A DNA stretch of 64,000 nucleotides, taken from the IMG/VR virus record IMGVR_UViG_3300032227_001172, positions 64,001-128,000 of that record, one strand, 5' to 3'. This DNA comes from a virus. Its lineage: Duplodnaviria; Caudoviricetes. This document shows, in pieces, positions 1 to 12,300 of the stretch. The translations under genes were made by a program, and so were the position numbers. The notes beneath the pieces are model-generated. The model did no database searches, was not told the origin of the DNA, and worked only from the letters and a program-made list of their open reading frames with translations. How positions within the stretch are numbered: position 1 is the stretch's first letter; each line of letters opens with the position of its first letter.

Positions 1-3000
1 GTATTATAACAACCTATAGATGATTCGCAAGCTCCTTTATTATAAAATGGAGATGTTCTGATATATGTATTTGGTAATCCTATAAAAGAAAAATAACCAA
101 AATAACTAGTAACTCCTACTTTATAACTATCTGGGAAAGGATTAAATGTACAAGGAGCGATAGAGTTATTAGTTTTAACAGTTGGACTTACAAATGGTGT
201 TGGAGCAATTTCTATAACAGTATCACTAGTAGATGGATCAAAGGTTCCTGTCTGAGAACTTTGTGTGGTTGCCGTAGTTCTATACTTATATTTGATATAA
301 TGAACATCATAATATATAGTCATATTCTCAAAAGCGACACCACCATCAGCACGAGCTTGTGCTTTAGTAACATCTCTACTACTAGAATATTTATGTAAAG
401 TACAACTTCCTGGGATAACCCCTTCAAAAATATCATCATCGGCTATTTCAGGTTGTACTTGACATTCGTGCATTGGTCCACTATATGCCGATATAGAGGA
501 ATTGGTAGCATATGTTCTATCAAACATTCGCTTAATATTGTTTTCAAAAACTTTAGCTTGGGCTTCTGCTGTTGGTCCATGAGCAGATAAGCTAAAATCG
601 AACGGATCACACTCTACAACAGTAACCTTTCCACCATAATTATTACCCCAATAATAGTGGTGGTTACCCCCCCAAACTAATACAACGGGATTTTGACAAA
701 CTTTCCACGGAGCACCACTTCCATCACATAAGCTACTCAAATAACCATTATTGGCATAACAAGGAGGTAAACCTCTACCAAAATCATCACAACAGTCTCC
801 TTGTCTAACTCCTGTAGTAACAATATATTTATTGCCACCATTTACATTAGCATAGCTGAAAGTTCCCACAACACAAACTGCAGTAAAATCTTGCGTGGTA
901 TAATTGACTCTCTGAGAATCTATTAATATATCAGCATCATTCTGACAATTTGCATTACACGAAGAATTAATATTTTCTGATACAGAGTATTTTTGATTAC
1001 TGAAACTAACAAAAATTTCTGGACAATTATTTCCTATATCTAGAGGGACGCAATAACTTTTAGTTGTGACAGACTGTATTATCTGACCATTTTGGCTCAT
1101 AATCGCCTTAGAAGATGATACATATAAAGTTATTTGACCATTATTATAAGAGACCGATAGTATATCTACTGGGCATGGAGACGGAGTATAGGGAGCCACA
1201 TCTTTAGTAATAGTTCTTACATAAACTTTGCGTATTACTTGACGACCAGACTGTATAGAAACACCATCGCATCCCGGCGGCATTGTCGCCGAAAAACACA
1301 TTGTTGGCATACATCCAGATACAACATTTAGTGGTTCTGATAAAGGACAACTTTCTCCAGGAGCAGGATAGGTCACAGGATTACCATAACGGTCTCTTCT
1401 AGGATCATCTCCATGTAGACCACCACTATCTGGCGGAGGTTGATCAGGATTACTAATAATTGGAGTATTATCAGTAATAACATAACGATATCTATAGGAA
1501 TGACCATACAGAGTAAATTTATAAGAACAATCTTCGAATTCATATGTGAAATTTGGTGAACCAAAAGCATAATCAACACCCTCAAATTTATCACAAGTCT
1601 CACAACCTTCTTGAGTATCGTCCACTCTACAATAACCAAATGTAAAAGGATCATTAGGTTGTGTTCCTGGATGACATGGAGGATTCGAGATAACTGGTCG
1701 TACTACTCTAAACCAATCCATACCTACTCCAACCGTGCGAGTAGTAGTATCTGGATTAGTATTAACTGGCGTAGTTATAATGCCGTCGTCGGTTTTTCCT
1801 GTTGTTGTTGCAACAAGTTCTATAGTTTCTTGATCATTACTTGACTCAGGAGGGTCCGGAATATCATCATCAGTAAAATACTGTTGAGAAATTAAACTTT
1901 TTTGTTTATAAATACCTTGATATAAAATTGTACTAACTGTCTTATTTCCAATATTACCTTCTAACAATAAGCTATTAGTGGTGGTATCAAAAGCCATAGA
2001 TAAAGTAATATTTACATTACCAATAGTCATTACAATACCATCGCCTATTTCTTTAGTACCTCTAACATTTAAAGAACCAGCAACAGTCAGATTTGTATTG
2101 GCGTTTTTATCATAATTATATAGGATTTCATCGTAAATATTTCTCGGCTTTACTTCTGGATCAGAATAATTTAATAAATCATTTTTACTTAATGCTTTTT
2201 TATCTATAAATAATTGTTGTTTATTAATTACTTGTTTTTCACCATATAATATTCTAAACAACATTTCATTTGCATGTATGTCCATATTCTGAACATTAAT
2301 ACTGTGTGTTGTTGTGTTTCGATTTTCTTCTATAAAATCTTGATAAGAAGATAAAAATATTCTACTTTTGTGAGAAGGAATTGGAGTTGAAGAAGAACAG
2401 TCAATACTATTATTAATTGGATTATTAGCAGGTAGTTCGGTTCTAGTTATTGTAATATAATTATTATTTCCTAAAGTATTATATAATCCAGCATCATAGC
2501 TTAAATATCCTTCCACACTATCGTTTAGATCATCGAAAGTAATAGTTTTTGGTTTGCCTATAGCAAATTGAGATACTAAATCAATAGATCCAGCAGACCT
2601 AAAAATACATGAAGCTTTGACATTTTCTCTACTATATTGTGGTTGTTGACCACATTTATCCGGATTATCCATATCCGCATATACGGCTTGTCTATAAAAA
2701 GCATTAGATCTTTTTATTTTTTGAGTTATAAAATGTGAATCTGGAGTAATAGTATTAATATATGGATTCATATTATTTGGTTTAAATAATACTCTAGCAT
2801 TATCTATTGAACTACTCTTATCCTCTTTAATAGTTCTATCTAACCAAAAAATAGGATCGTCTAATCGTAAAGTTTCTGTATAAAAGTTTTTCGTTGAATC
2901 AGGAACAAAAGCACTTTCTAATTCATTTAGATCATTAACAATAAGCAGATCGTTCGTATCAGGATTAATACCAGAAATATCTATTGGATTATCATAAATA

Positions 3001-6000
3001 TTAACTAAAGCACTAGAATAAAAATCCCAATGAGTCTCATAATTATTATACCACGGAGGATCCAAATTCATACTGAAAAATCTGTCAAAGTCAAACTCAA
3101 AATTACCAGTAATATCTTGATTAAAAAATAAAATAGGTATATAATTTTCAAATTTATCAAGCGGTATACTCCATAAATCTTCAGTAATAAAATTATATTT
3201 TTGTAATAAAAAGAAGATAGGATTATTAATAGTGTATACGTCAATGGGATTTTCTTCTGCTAATGAATATTTAATTCCAAAAAGGAATTTTGAATAACCA
3301 TCATTTACTATTTGTTTATATAATAAATTTTCATATGGTGTAGGCGGCAGCTTACGACTTTGATAGTTGGAGATGTAAGGATTATTTAATAAAAAACCAT
3401 CATATTTAACTAAATCTCCCCATTTTGTGCTATATGCTTTGTTAGACAGCAGTACATCTTTATCAGTAGATTTTAATTGATCCCATATATAATTTATATT
3501 TCCAAAGTCTACATATATAGAGTTTCCTATTTCATCCTTGATAACAGTTTGAGTGGTCAGTTCTGTAAATAATTTAATTTTTTTAGTACCTGCATAGTCA
3601 CCATTGACTGTTTCATTTTTATCATTATAAATTTTAGCTATAAGTTTTTTACCAATAATCGTTACTGATATTGCAGGCTCTAACGAAATTTCACTACGGA
3701 AAATTGGACGAACACGAAATTGTTTTAGAAAATATGATAAATTGCTTGCGCATTTTTTATATGTATCATAAATATAGCCATTAGCTGATAGATTGTCATA
3801 ATCAATTTCTAGATTTGAGTGAGAGTCTAAAATGTTGGGATCATTTCCAATGAAAATATAATTTTTAAGATTGCTGCTAGAAATCCCTATATATAGAAAA
3901 TAATCTTTCTTGTTTCCATTATTTTGAATAGCTACTAAATTATTTGGTTCTATAGACGAACTAGAACTATTAGCTACATGAGTAATAATATCTGAGTATT
4001 GACTATCAATAATAGTACGTTTTTCTGGAATCATTGTATATGCTAACGATCCTTCTATACGAATAGTATTTGAATTTATGACGGTAGCTTTTTGAAAATA
4101 AGGATAATTATCAAGTTTTAAAGATATTGGTTTTTTTGGTACTGCAGGAATAACACAACCGATTTTTTTAGAATATAGTGGATTACGCACATATTCAAAT
4201 AGTTTTGGGCTACCAATATATTTCTTATCATCCCTAATAAATCCTCCACGATTACTAAATTTAGCAGTATACCATTTGTTCTCGTGTTTTATATAAAGTC
4301 GTGGTTTTCTATGTATAGAGAAAGAATCTATACTATTTAATATATTAATAGAATCGTCATTAAGTTGACCATACATAAGATTCTGGTTTGCCCAAGAGAG
4401 ATTATCAGAGTCATTAATAGTATATAAGATATTATCATATTTTATGATACCGTTAGTGTCTATAGCTTCTAGCGGCGACCGGCCTTCTAAATTTCCTCCA
4501 ATAAGGTCATCTATAGATGAGTATAGACCTTTATGAGGAATAAAATGTCCTTTAGTAAGAGTTATGGGTTCTACAATGGTCGTGCCGGTGCCGTTTTCTG
4601 GACTATTTAATGTAAAAGTTAATAGTTGTTGCCTAGGCTTTTGTAAAAAAGTCAAATTGACAGTCGATAGTTCGTCTCCTCTAACGCCATCTATAATTAA
4701 GTTAGCACCAGCTGATACGCTACACTGATCGCCGGTGGGTATAGCTAATTCTTGTTGACCAATAATTTTTTCTAAAAATGGATTAGTGACTTTGATAGAT
4801 ACAGACGATATACTAGTATTAGCTTCATATAGTATTTTTTTTTGTTTATTGTATAATACTAAGTCATTTACACGCACCCTATTTAAAAATCGTTTCCAAT
4901 TGTAATTAACGGTACTACTTTCTCCGTCCGACGAAAAAGAAACGGCCCTACCTAGGTAGTCAATATTCTCATTGACCGTCACATAAATATCTGCATGATC
5001 CGTTGAAAAATTTTGCAAATTAAGGCTATAACTACGATTAGTATAATTTAATATACTAATAGAATACGATTTATCGCATGAGTATGGGTCTTCTGGGTTT
5101 AATTTAAGCTGTATTTTGGGTAAATTCCCTGCCATAGAAGGCACAGTAATCCCAAATAATTCTTTTACTTCTTCTTCGGTATATCCTCCATAATATTTTA
5201 TATCTGGACTATTATTAGTAGATAAACTAGGAACATACAAGCTAGAAGATCGATAAGTAGAGTTGTCACTATTACATAACAAACTTCTAGCTCCATATTG
5301 AGATAAATTTAGTCCATAGCATTTACAAATATTATTCAAATCAGTTGGGAATCTCTTACAAAGATACGAATCTGAATCACTAGATTGTAATTTTTCTATA
5401 TACAAACTATAAAGTTTGATACCAACATCGTTAGTATTAAAATTAATACTAATCTTTGATGCATTATTATTAGTAATATTTCTGTCGAACACAACAGCAT
5501 TAGTTGCACCAAAAGTGGCAGAATTAAAATATACGCCTCCGTGCTCATGAAATGCCACTAAATCTAAATGAGGATTAAATGCTAGGGCCTTATATCTTCT
5601 ATAATCATAGAATGTTCCATCAACCATAGTTCTCAAAGGTCTTTTTCCATCTGGTCTGGGCCTACCCGTTGCTGGATCTGTACCTTCGCTATTATTTAGA
5701 AAATTAGCCAATAAACTATAGCAAAAGGTTTTGCTGTCATCCCTTACTCCGCCTATAATAGGAGGGGTACAGAGAGATTCAGCATCATCAGCTAAATAAA
5801 ATGAAGAATTTGCTCCACAACTAGTACAAGAAGCCGAGAACCCAGCAGAAGAAGATGTTGTAATTCTAGGATAAATATCAGTTAAAATGTAGGCACCGCT
5901 ATACGCCGGCACGCTGCTAAAGACCTTATTATTTAATAACAAATTACCATATATCGCAAAATCAAAACTTTCTAGGTCTCCATTGGTACAAGATTGTTGA

Positions 6001-7772
6001 TGCCTATAATTATCCGATAGTTTGGTAGAAACTATTGCGTCGCCAGCGGTAATACTTTGTTCATAACTAAAATTTTTAGATGTAGTACCAGCCAAAGTAT
6101 TACAGCTATTGATTTCTGATACTACATTTGAATTCTTAACAAGTTTGGTTCTGAATTTTTTTAATATATCTTGCTTGCGAATATTCATATCAAAATCTAA
6201 ATCAATATACATAGATTTTGCAGTTTCATTAAGATTTAATGATATAGATGCAGACTGGGTATTTGGTGGTATCCAAAGATAGCCACCATATTTATGGTAT
6301 AAGGTATTTACTAAATCATTTGTTGTTTGAATATAGTTTAAACCACGACTAGATCCATAAGTAGTACCTATCAACATGTCCCTATTAAGTTGTTGAATTT
6401 GTTTGTAGTTATTAAATTGAGTATATAGTTCTTGGCCGTCTGGATGCAGCAAATCAACTGTGTATCCATCATACAGCGGAGCGGTTGACATAATAGCTGC
6501 TAATCGTAAAGCTTCATTATGAGTTTCGCCAAGTATAATATATTTTTCATAAAAAGAATAAAATGTTGGATATATATTATTAGAAATATATAAACATTCT
6601 GAACCAGTAGGAACGATGCCTTTGAATGTAGCTCCGTCTACTACCTTTAAACCAGATGGACATTCTTTGATTGTGGAACCTGTAGAATCAAAAGTTCGAC
6701 TAAAATAATCTGTATTAGTAACTTCTGGTCCGTCTGTTTTAGCCCAAAAAACATCTCCATCTGAAATATATAAATCAATTCCGGCAATAGGTCTCTTGTC
6801 GTCTCTTCTGTCTTTATCGTAATATCTATACCATCCTAAAATTCCACTATTGTAATTCCATTTCCAGTGAGATGCTATTTTTTCACCACCAATAAATAAA
6901 TTATTATATGTGTTATTATTAAAACCATATGGTATAGTAAAATCTCCTGTTGATGGAATATCGTTAGAAGTGCCTACTCCAGAAAATATGGTATTATATG
7001 CATTTTTATATCCACTATTACTAACTGATAGTAGTAAAAAATTACCACATGTCCTACTAACTAAACCATCTTTTAATTTAGATTTAATGTGTGTATATTC
7101 ATTTAGATGATAAGATGTAAATGAATCATAGTCGATTTCTCCTATTTTTTCTTTTAATTTCCAATCTATACAAAATTGTGCATTAGAGATCGTTAAATCT
7201 GAAAATTCATTAAAAGATATAAATTGTTCAACACCTAATCCCGGATTAGAACAAGCAGGAAATTTTTCTTCTAGATGTTTAAAATCATAAAAACCAGATA
7301 GATATGTTTGGTTTAATAATGGTAGTTTGGGTAAGAAATCATCATTTTTGAATCTTACATCGCAAGCCCCTCCACAACAGTTAGCACTAAAAATACCATT
7401 TGGCCCTAATACCTGTTCTGAATTATTGTCTGTGGTATCGTATAGTTTCCATGTAGCAGTATAGTTTCCACAATATTCACAACTCAAATTAGCTGTTTTA
7501 GTATCATTATAAAAACCAACACCTTGTGACGTCACTTGATTACTATTACAATTACAAGGATCAAACTTATCAATTTTAGAAAGACCAGCCTGAACCAATG
7601 GCTCACAATATTCTGCTTTATTATTTTCCGATTTAATAACTATAGGTTGCCATAGTCCAGAATCTTGAGTAGAAAATGGTTCTAACAGACTTTGAATAAA
7701 ATTTAATTTAATAGTAGGACTATTTTTTGTATCTTGTTGAATAGATTTATTGAATAATGTACAACTATTCAT
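1..7772 (-). CDS. Giant Cys-rich virion/tail-tip protein, >2590 aa, 3' end beyond the window (absent from ORF track)
   Basis: ATG at 7770-7772, 3 nt after the stop of the 533-aa gene (MNSCTLFNKSIQQDTKNSPTIKLNF...). Frame is open wherever I translated it (N-terminal ~1000 codons, ~4200, ~3000, ~1900 to 3: ...RTSPFYNKGACESSIGCYN). The ORF track lists no stop-terminated ORF in this frame. Function inferred only from position after the hub genes. Confidence 0.88.
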   Translation of the reverse strand, partial: MNSCTLFNKSIQQDTKNSPTIKLNFIQSLLEPFSTQDSGLWQPIVIKSENNKAEYCEPLVQAGLSKIDKFDPCNCNSNQVTSQGVGFYNDTKTANLSCEYCGNYTATWKLYDTTDNNSEQVLGPNGIFSANCCGGACDVRFKNDDFLPKLPLLNQTYLSGFYDFKHLEEKFPACSNPGLGVEQFISFNEFSDLTISNAQFCIDWKLKEKIGEIDYDSFTSYHLNEYTHIKSKLKDGLVSRTCGNFLLLSVSNSGYKNAYNTIFSGVGTSNDIPSTGDFTIPYGFNNNTYNNLFIGGEKIASHWKWNYNSGILGWYRYYDKDRRDDKRPIAGIDLYISDGDVFWAKTDGPEVTNTDYFSRTFDSTGSTIKECPSGLKVVDGATFKGIVPTGSECLYISNNIYPTFYSFYEKYIILGETHNEALRLAAIMSTAPLYDGYTVDLLHPDGQELYTQFNNYKQIQQLNRDMLIGTTYGSSRGLNYIQTTNDLVNTLYHKYGGYLWIPPNTQSASISLNLNETAKSMYIDLDFDMNIRKQDILKKFRTKLVKNSNVVSEINSCNTLAGTTSKNFSYEQSITAGDAIVSTKLSDNYRHQQSCTNGDLESFDFAIYGNLLLNNKVFSSVPAYSGAYILTDIYPRITTSSSAGFSASCTSCGANSSFYLADDAESLCTPPIIGGVRDDSKTFCYSLLANFLNNSEGTDPATGRPRPDGKRPLRTMVDGTFYDYRRYKALAFNPHLDLVAFHEHGGVYFNSATFGATNAVVFDRNITNNNASKISINFNTNDVGIKLYSLYIEKLQSSDSDSYLCKRFPTDLNNICKCYGLNLSQYGARSLLCNSDNSTYRSSSLYVPSLSTNNSPDIKYYGGYTEEEVKELFGITVPSMAGNLPKIQLKLNPEDPYSCDKSYSISILNYTNRSYSLNLQNFSTDHADIYVTVNENIDYLGRAVSFSSDGESSTVNYNWKRFLNRVRVNDLVLYNKQKKILYEANTSISSVSIKVTNPFLEKIIGQQELAIPTGDQCSVSAGANLIIDGVRGDELSTVNLTFLQKPRQQLLTFTLNSPENGTGTTIVEPITLTKGHFIPHKGLYSSIDDLIGGNLEGRSPLEAIDTNGIIKYDNILYTINDSDNLSWANQNLMYGQLNDDSINILNSIDSFSIHRKPRLYIKHENKWYTAKFSNRGGFIRDDKKYIGSPKLFEYVRNPLYSKKIGCVIPAVPKKPISLKLDNYPYFQKATVINSNTIRIEGSLAYTMIPEKRTIIDSQYSDIITHVANSSSSSIEPNNLVAIQNNGNKKDYFLYIGISSSNLKNYIFIGNDPNILDSHSNLEIDYDNLSANGYIYDTYKKCASNLSYFLKQFRVRPIFRSEISLEPAISVTIIGKKLIAKIYNDKNETVNGDYAGTKKIKLFTELTTQTVIKDEIGNSIYVDFGNINYIWDQLKSTDKDVLLSNKAYSTKWGDLVKYDGFLLNNPYISNYQSRKLPPTPYENLLYKQIVNDGYSKFLFGIKYSLAEENPIDVYTINNPIFFLLQKYNFITEDLWSIPLDKFENYIPILFFNQDITGNFEFDFDRFFSMNLDPPWYNNYETHWDFYSSALVNIYDNPIDISGINPDTNDLLIVNDLNELESAFVPDSTKNFYTETLRLDDPIFWLDRTIKEDKSSSIDNARVLFKPNNMNPYINTITPDSHFITQKIKRSNAFYRQAVYADMDNPDKCGQQPQYSRENVKASCIFRSAGSIDLVSQFAIGKPKTITFDDLNDSVEGYLSYDAGLYNTLGNNNYITITRTELPANNPINNSIDCSSSTPIPSHKSRIFLSSYQDFIEENRNTTTHSINVQNMDIHANEMLFRILYGEKQVINKQQLFIDKKALSKNDLLNYSDPEVKPRNIYDEILYNYDKNANTNLTVAGSLNVRGTKEIGDGIVMTIGNVNITLSMAFDTTTNSLLLEGNIGNKTVSTILYQGIYKQKSLISQQYFTDDDIPDPPESSNDQETIELVATTTGKTDDGIITTPVNTNPDTTTRTVGVGMDWFRVVRPVISNPPCHPGTQPNDPFTFGYCRVDDTQEGCETCDKFEGVDYAFGSPNFTYEFEDCSYKFTLYGHSYRYRYVITDNTPIISNPDQPPPDSGGLHGDDPRRDRYGNPVTYPAPGESCPLSEPLNVVSGCMPTMCFSATMPPGCDGVSIQSGRQVIRKVYVRTITKDVAPYTPSPCPVDILSVSYNNGQITLYVSSSKAIMSQNGQIIQSVTTKSYCVPLDIGNNCPEIFVSFSNQKYSVSENINSSCNANCQNDADILIDSQRVNYTTQDFTAVCVVGTFSYANVNGGNKYIVTTGVRQGDCCDDFGRGLPPCYANNGYLSSLCDGSGAPWKVCQNPVVLVWGGNHHYYWGNNYGGKVTVVECDPFDFSLSAHGPTAEAQAKVFENNIKRMFDRTYATNSSISAYSGPMHECQVQPEIADDDIFEGVIPGSCTLHKYSSSRDVTKAQARADGGVAFENMTIYYDVHYIKYKYRTTATTQSSQTGTFDPSTSDTVIEIAPTPFVSPTVKTNNSIAPCTFNPFPDSYKVGVTSYFGYFSFIGLPNTYIRTSPFYNKGACESSIGCYN

Positions 7773-7775
7773 AGT

Positions 7776-9377
7776 TTATGCCACATTAGTTAAATTCCAT
7801 TTACCGCCTATAAAACTAAAAATACCTTTTTTTCCATTAATCGCCGGTAAACTTAAAGGATTAGCGAATATTTGACCCTCAAATACTTCTACAATATTAT
7901 ATTTACTATATTTAATAGTATAAGCATTATCTATATCAGCAACATTACTATTTTTAATAGTTCCAGTAGTAATAAATGGCTGATTATAAATAGGTTCATA
8001 AAAACCATTATCTGCATTGTATTTACAATATAAAGCTGCTCCTCGTGGAGCCTTAAATAAGCCTGTGGGATCTTTTACAAAAACTAGTCTGCGTTTTCCG
8101 TCAGGTAATGGAGTAGCATCAGAAACAGCATCTTCTATAATAGCCCGAACAGGAGTATCATTAAACATAGAATTTTCAATAGTTATCCATACCGGTTTAT
8201 AGTTAGATCCTACTGTCCAAACACCAGCATCTTCATCCCATCTAAGATCTAAAGGTCCAACAGGCCATGTAGCTGGTAATGATGCCCATCCTTTACGAAA
8301 AGTTCTTTCTTTATATGGTTTAGAATATGTTCCATCGCTTTGTAGTGTTTGATTTTTATATAATAAATTTCCTCTAGTATCCGTTATTGGTTCACTATCA
8401 TTAGTTAATAATAGTTCTCCAGAAGAATTGGGTACAGGATAGCCTTCTTTGTCGTATCCCCAAGCATGAATCATAATGGGGCCACGTAATGCAAAAAATC
8501 TTTGATTATTTTGATATCGTCCATTATCAAAGTCTAGGTCTTGTTCAGTAAAGTTTTTATTACTTTGGGACGAGACTATGGATCTGAGATTGCCTCCATA
8601 TTCAGGAGGATTCATACCAAAACCAACCACATCTATATTATGAACACAATTATCATTTGGTTGTTTTGAGCCAGAACAAGAAAATTCACCATTAGATAAA
8701 ACAATAGGATTTAATGTAAAATTGTTAATTCTGGTGGGTGATCCTTCTAATGATCGATCTCTGGTATCAATAATTTGATTATCTGGTCCTGAAGCTATAA
8801 GATATGGAGGAAATACTTCTCCTGGACTAACACTTTTTTCTAATGCTTTCTTTTTAACATCGTCTGCCACACAAAAATAACACGTAGATCTATAATTCAT
8901 AAATGAATTATTCTGAAAAGTAGAAAACGGCTGATTCAAAACTTCTGATACTAAAATGCTGGATAGTGCTCGTGGATTCGGTACCCTAGTATCTATAGTG
9001 CCAGCTCCTTTGCACCACGGACATTTACTTCTAGTATATTTAGTAATACTAAAAGTACTATTATATGGTGTTGGATAAAAAGAGATTGGAGATAAAAGAC
9101 CATCAAGACTCATAATAGACGCTCTCTTGTAAGAGAGTGGAGACATAAGAGAAGACATTTCTTGTGATTCTTCTGATACCAAATCAACACTTGTATGATT
9201 TCTTAAACTATTAAAAGAAAAACTAGTATCAGATCCAATATTAGGATTGAACATACCTTGAGGATCGATAATACCAGATGGAATTTCAGATAAATTAGTA
9301 AGACCATAAGATAATGGTACTAAATTATTATTTCTTCCTACTAAAACAAAACTATAATCAGAAAATCTTAATCCCAT
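7776..9377 (-). CDS. Tail-tip/baseplate-associated protein with CxxC...CxxC site (533 aa)
   Basis: SD AAGGA upstream; CPWCKG...CYFC pair; WPVGPLDLRWD motif; directly follows the hub-like gene. Function is inferred from synteny. Confidence 0.6.
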   Translation of the reverse strand: MGLRFSDYSFVLVGRNNNLVPLSYGLTNLSEIPSGIIDPQGMFNPNIGSDTSFSFNSLRNHTSVDLVSEESQEMSSLMSPLSYKRASIMSLDGLLSPISFYPTPYNSTFSITKYTRSKCPWCKGAGTIDTRVPNPRALSSILVSEVLNQPFSTFQNNSFMNYRSTCYFCVADDVKKKALEKSVSPGEVFPPYLIASGPDNQIIDTRDRSLEGSPTRINNFTLNPIVLSNGEFSCSGSKQPNDNCVHNIDVVGFGMNPPEYGGNLRSIVSSQSNKNFTEQDLDFDNGRYQNNQRFFALRGPIMIHAWGYDKEGYPVPNSSGELLLTNDSEPITDTRGNLLYKNQTLQSDGTYSKPYKERTFRKGWASLPATWPVGPLDLRWDEDAGVWTVGSNYKPVWITIENSMFNDTPVRAIIEDAVSDATPLPDGKRRLVFVKDPTGLFKAPRGAALYCKYNADNGFYEPIYNQPFITTGTIKNSNVADIDNAYTIKYSKYNIVEVFEGQIFANPLSLPAINGKKGIFSFIGGKWNLTNVA

Positions 9378-9396
9378 AATAAATAATCCTTAGATA

Positions 9397-12300
9397 CTAA
9401 GAAAATGTAAAAAGTTTAGTGCTTGGTTTACTATACATCAAAACCCTATTAAGTAATTTAGCTGAATTTTGATATGCTCTTTGATAATTTTTAATAAATT
9501 CACGACTTGTTTTCTGTATATTATCTGCTTGTTCTTTATTAAAGAAACCAAGTTTTCTACTAAATGCTCTCATCTCATATCTGGTTGTTATGCCGTTAGC
9601 CCCAATAGAAACATTAATACTAGTTACAATAGGAGAATAGTCTCCAGCAAATAATCTATAGCCTAATCTTGTATTACTTAATTGAATACCAGCCAAAGTT
9701 AAACTGCCATATTCTAAAACCTGTTGAAAATTATTATTCTCTGCCACTTTTTTAAGTGCGGCAGCATCTAGAGCCAACATTCCTCCATACTCCCATGGTA
9801 CTAAGCTATCATCAATTTGTACGTCAACACCACCAGCTAAATTATTAACCATAGCTATATCTAAATTATTTTCCCTTAATCCTGGAAAAACAATATTTTT
9901 AATAATTCCTGGATGAGATACCCATGGACCATAACACATTAAATTATTTTTAATAGGAATAGCAGCAAATACAGGCATAGCAGCTCTATTAGCTATAGAA
10001 GATGATGTTCCTAGATCTAAACGACTAGAATTCACTAAGTTCATATATAAATCTAATAATATTTGATTGGATCTACCACTAGAAGCTCTAGCAGAACCCA
10101 TTGTTCCTCCTAGTGGACTAACAACACTATCAAGTTCTGCAGGGCTTTCGTCTCCAAATAAAGCCCAACAAACTATTTCTTCTATATTAGCATTAAGATG
10201 TTGTTTAATTTGAACGGGGGATGGGGTTTTTAGTACTACTCTGGGCGTTCCTTCTACTAATAAAAGATGTGGATTATCTATATTGTCTGGATTTTCATTA
10301 GCTATAGAACTTTTAACATATAATTTATATTTTTGATCACTATTTGGAGAAAAGCCGTGGGCAGTTACACCAGCAGGAAATGGAGAAAAAACAATCTGTG
10401 ACATACCTTGAGGCATTGGAGATTGAAAAGAGGCATATGGAATCATAGCAAAGCTGTTTTCCGGCAGTTGATGCACTAGTGGGAAATACCAGTTATTTCT
10501 GCCAGCTGCAGTATCTAAGTTAGCTTGTATAGCCATATAGGATCTTTGTAAATTACTCAAGTCATTAAATTTTTGATAACCTACAGGTAAGTCTGTAAAT
10601 GGTTTAAAATATTCTGCCATATTATCAAAAGCCAACATTGGTCCAAATTTACCTTGTTCGTCAGCAAAAGATGTTGCTATCTGTGAACCGACTTGTACAG
10701 TATCATCTATGGTGTTACCGGCTTCCTCCCAAGCTCCATCACAAACTTCATAATTAAATCTTGTTTTACCAGTATTGTCTACATACCAATTAATTGATGG
10801 CATTCTAACAGCATATGCTTTTCCATAATATTGATCTCCCAAACTTTTAACAAATCCATGAATACTACGTAATAGTTTTTGACAATCACTATGTGCTTCA
10901 TAATATTGTTGAGATGTTAAATTATGGATTAACTGACCAGATGGATCGTCCCAACGACGATTGGGAAAAATCACACCCATATAACGCATAGTATTTACAA
11001 AACCAGCATAGTTTGCATATTTATCATACGCTAAACCTGTTTTAAAAATAGCTGCAGCAAAAGGAGGAAAAAAGGCGCGCGCCCAATAATCATAAATAAT
11101 TCTAGATAATGCTGTTGGATAATTATACGAAGCTCTAACAAGATGGTAATTCCACCATGTACTAAAAGGATCATCTCCTACTCCATCATCGGATCCCATA
11201 GCGTGTCTGATTTCACTCTCAGTAATAACAAATTTACCATATCCAACATCCCCTCCTGTTGGCGTACCAAGTAGATTCCATGGAGAAAAACTAATTTGCC
11301 CAGGATAATACATTTGAACCGATTGACCCGCAGAAGACCAATTTCCATTATTTATATCATATGATGTTGGAAATAGAGATTGTATATCTCTAAAATCTAT
11401 AACTAGTTGCATCTCTCTAGTTTTATTATCAAAATAAACCCTCCTTACTTCTCCATTATTGCTTTTGCCAAAATATGGAGAAATAATATCTTTATATAAT
11501 GGATAACTATTATTAAGATTAATTGAAGAACCAGTATTTAAGATTGGTTTTTTGATCTTGAAATATGAACCCCTATTAATATTCATTTGACCATATGGAC
11601 TTTGTTCAGTATAAGTCCAAAAATCCGAATTGGTCTGTGCTGTAACACTACCACTATAATCTGATTTCCATGTGGCTCCGTCGAATGGGCGTTGATTATT
11701 ATGATCCGGCATCCTATATGTATTATTACTATTACCAGCCCTCTGATATGCTTCATTCATAACGGATGCAGTATCAACAAAATGATTCAACATAGGCTCG
11801 AAGATTTTGGCGTGTCTAAATCTACTATAGGTGTGAGATGTAAATTGATGTAATCTTTGTTGTGGACCACCTACTAAAATAGATCTAGTCTTCGTATCAT
11901 TGTACTCCTCACCAAAATTATAATCAACTACTTTATCTGCTGCTGTAAAATTTAAGATAAAATCTTTAATTGTATTTGGTAATGCTTGTATTCTGCGAGA
12001 TATTGTTCTAACAATAATACAACCAGAGTAATTACTAGAAACAAGATCTGGTTCAAAATCAAGAACAAATTCATAGCCAGCATTTTCACAACAAAAATCT
12101 ATAAAAGAAATCAAATCCATGGTGTCATTATTTAAATACATATTATTTGGTGGCCTTGGAACATTACTTAAATCTAATCTTAGTAATGATCTTGGCAATT
12201 CATCAACAGCTATTGGACACCTAATTAGTCCTAGGGCAGTAAACGCTATCGCAGGACTGGTGGGTCTAGGCATACCGTTTGGTCCGGTAGTTTCAGCATA

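Noticed and set aside
4835-4843. T9 homopolymer as a phase-variation or frameshift site
   Set aside because: It reads in frame as CAA AAA AAA ATA (QKKI); such runs are expected at this AT content.
1-7772. Apparent 7.8-kb non-coding or recoded region
   Set aside because: It is one open minus-strand frame whose stop lies outside the window.
9378-9399. Stop-codon reassignment or TAG read-through fusing the 1307-aa and 533-aa genes
   Set aside because: The downstream ATG is 22 nt from the first base of the TAG (out of frame); TAG, TGA and TAA all end genes cleanly and ORFs are not fragmented under code 11.
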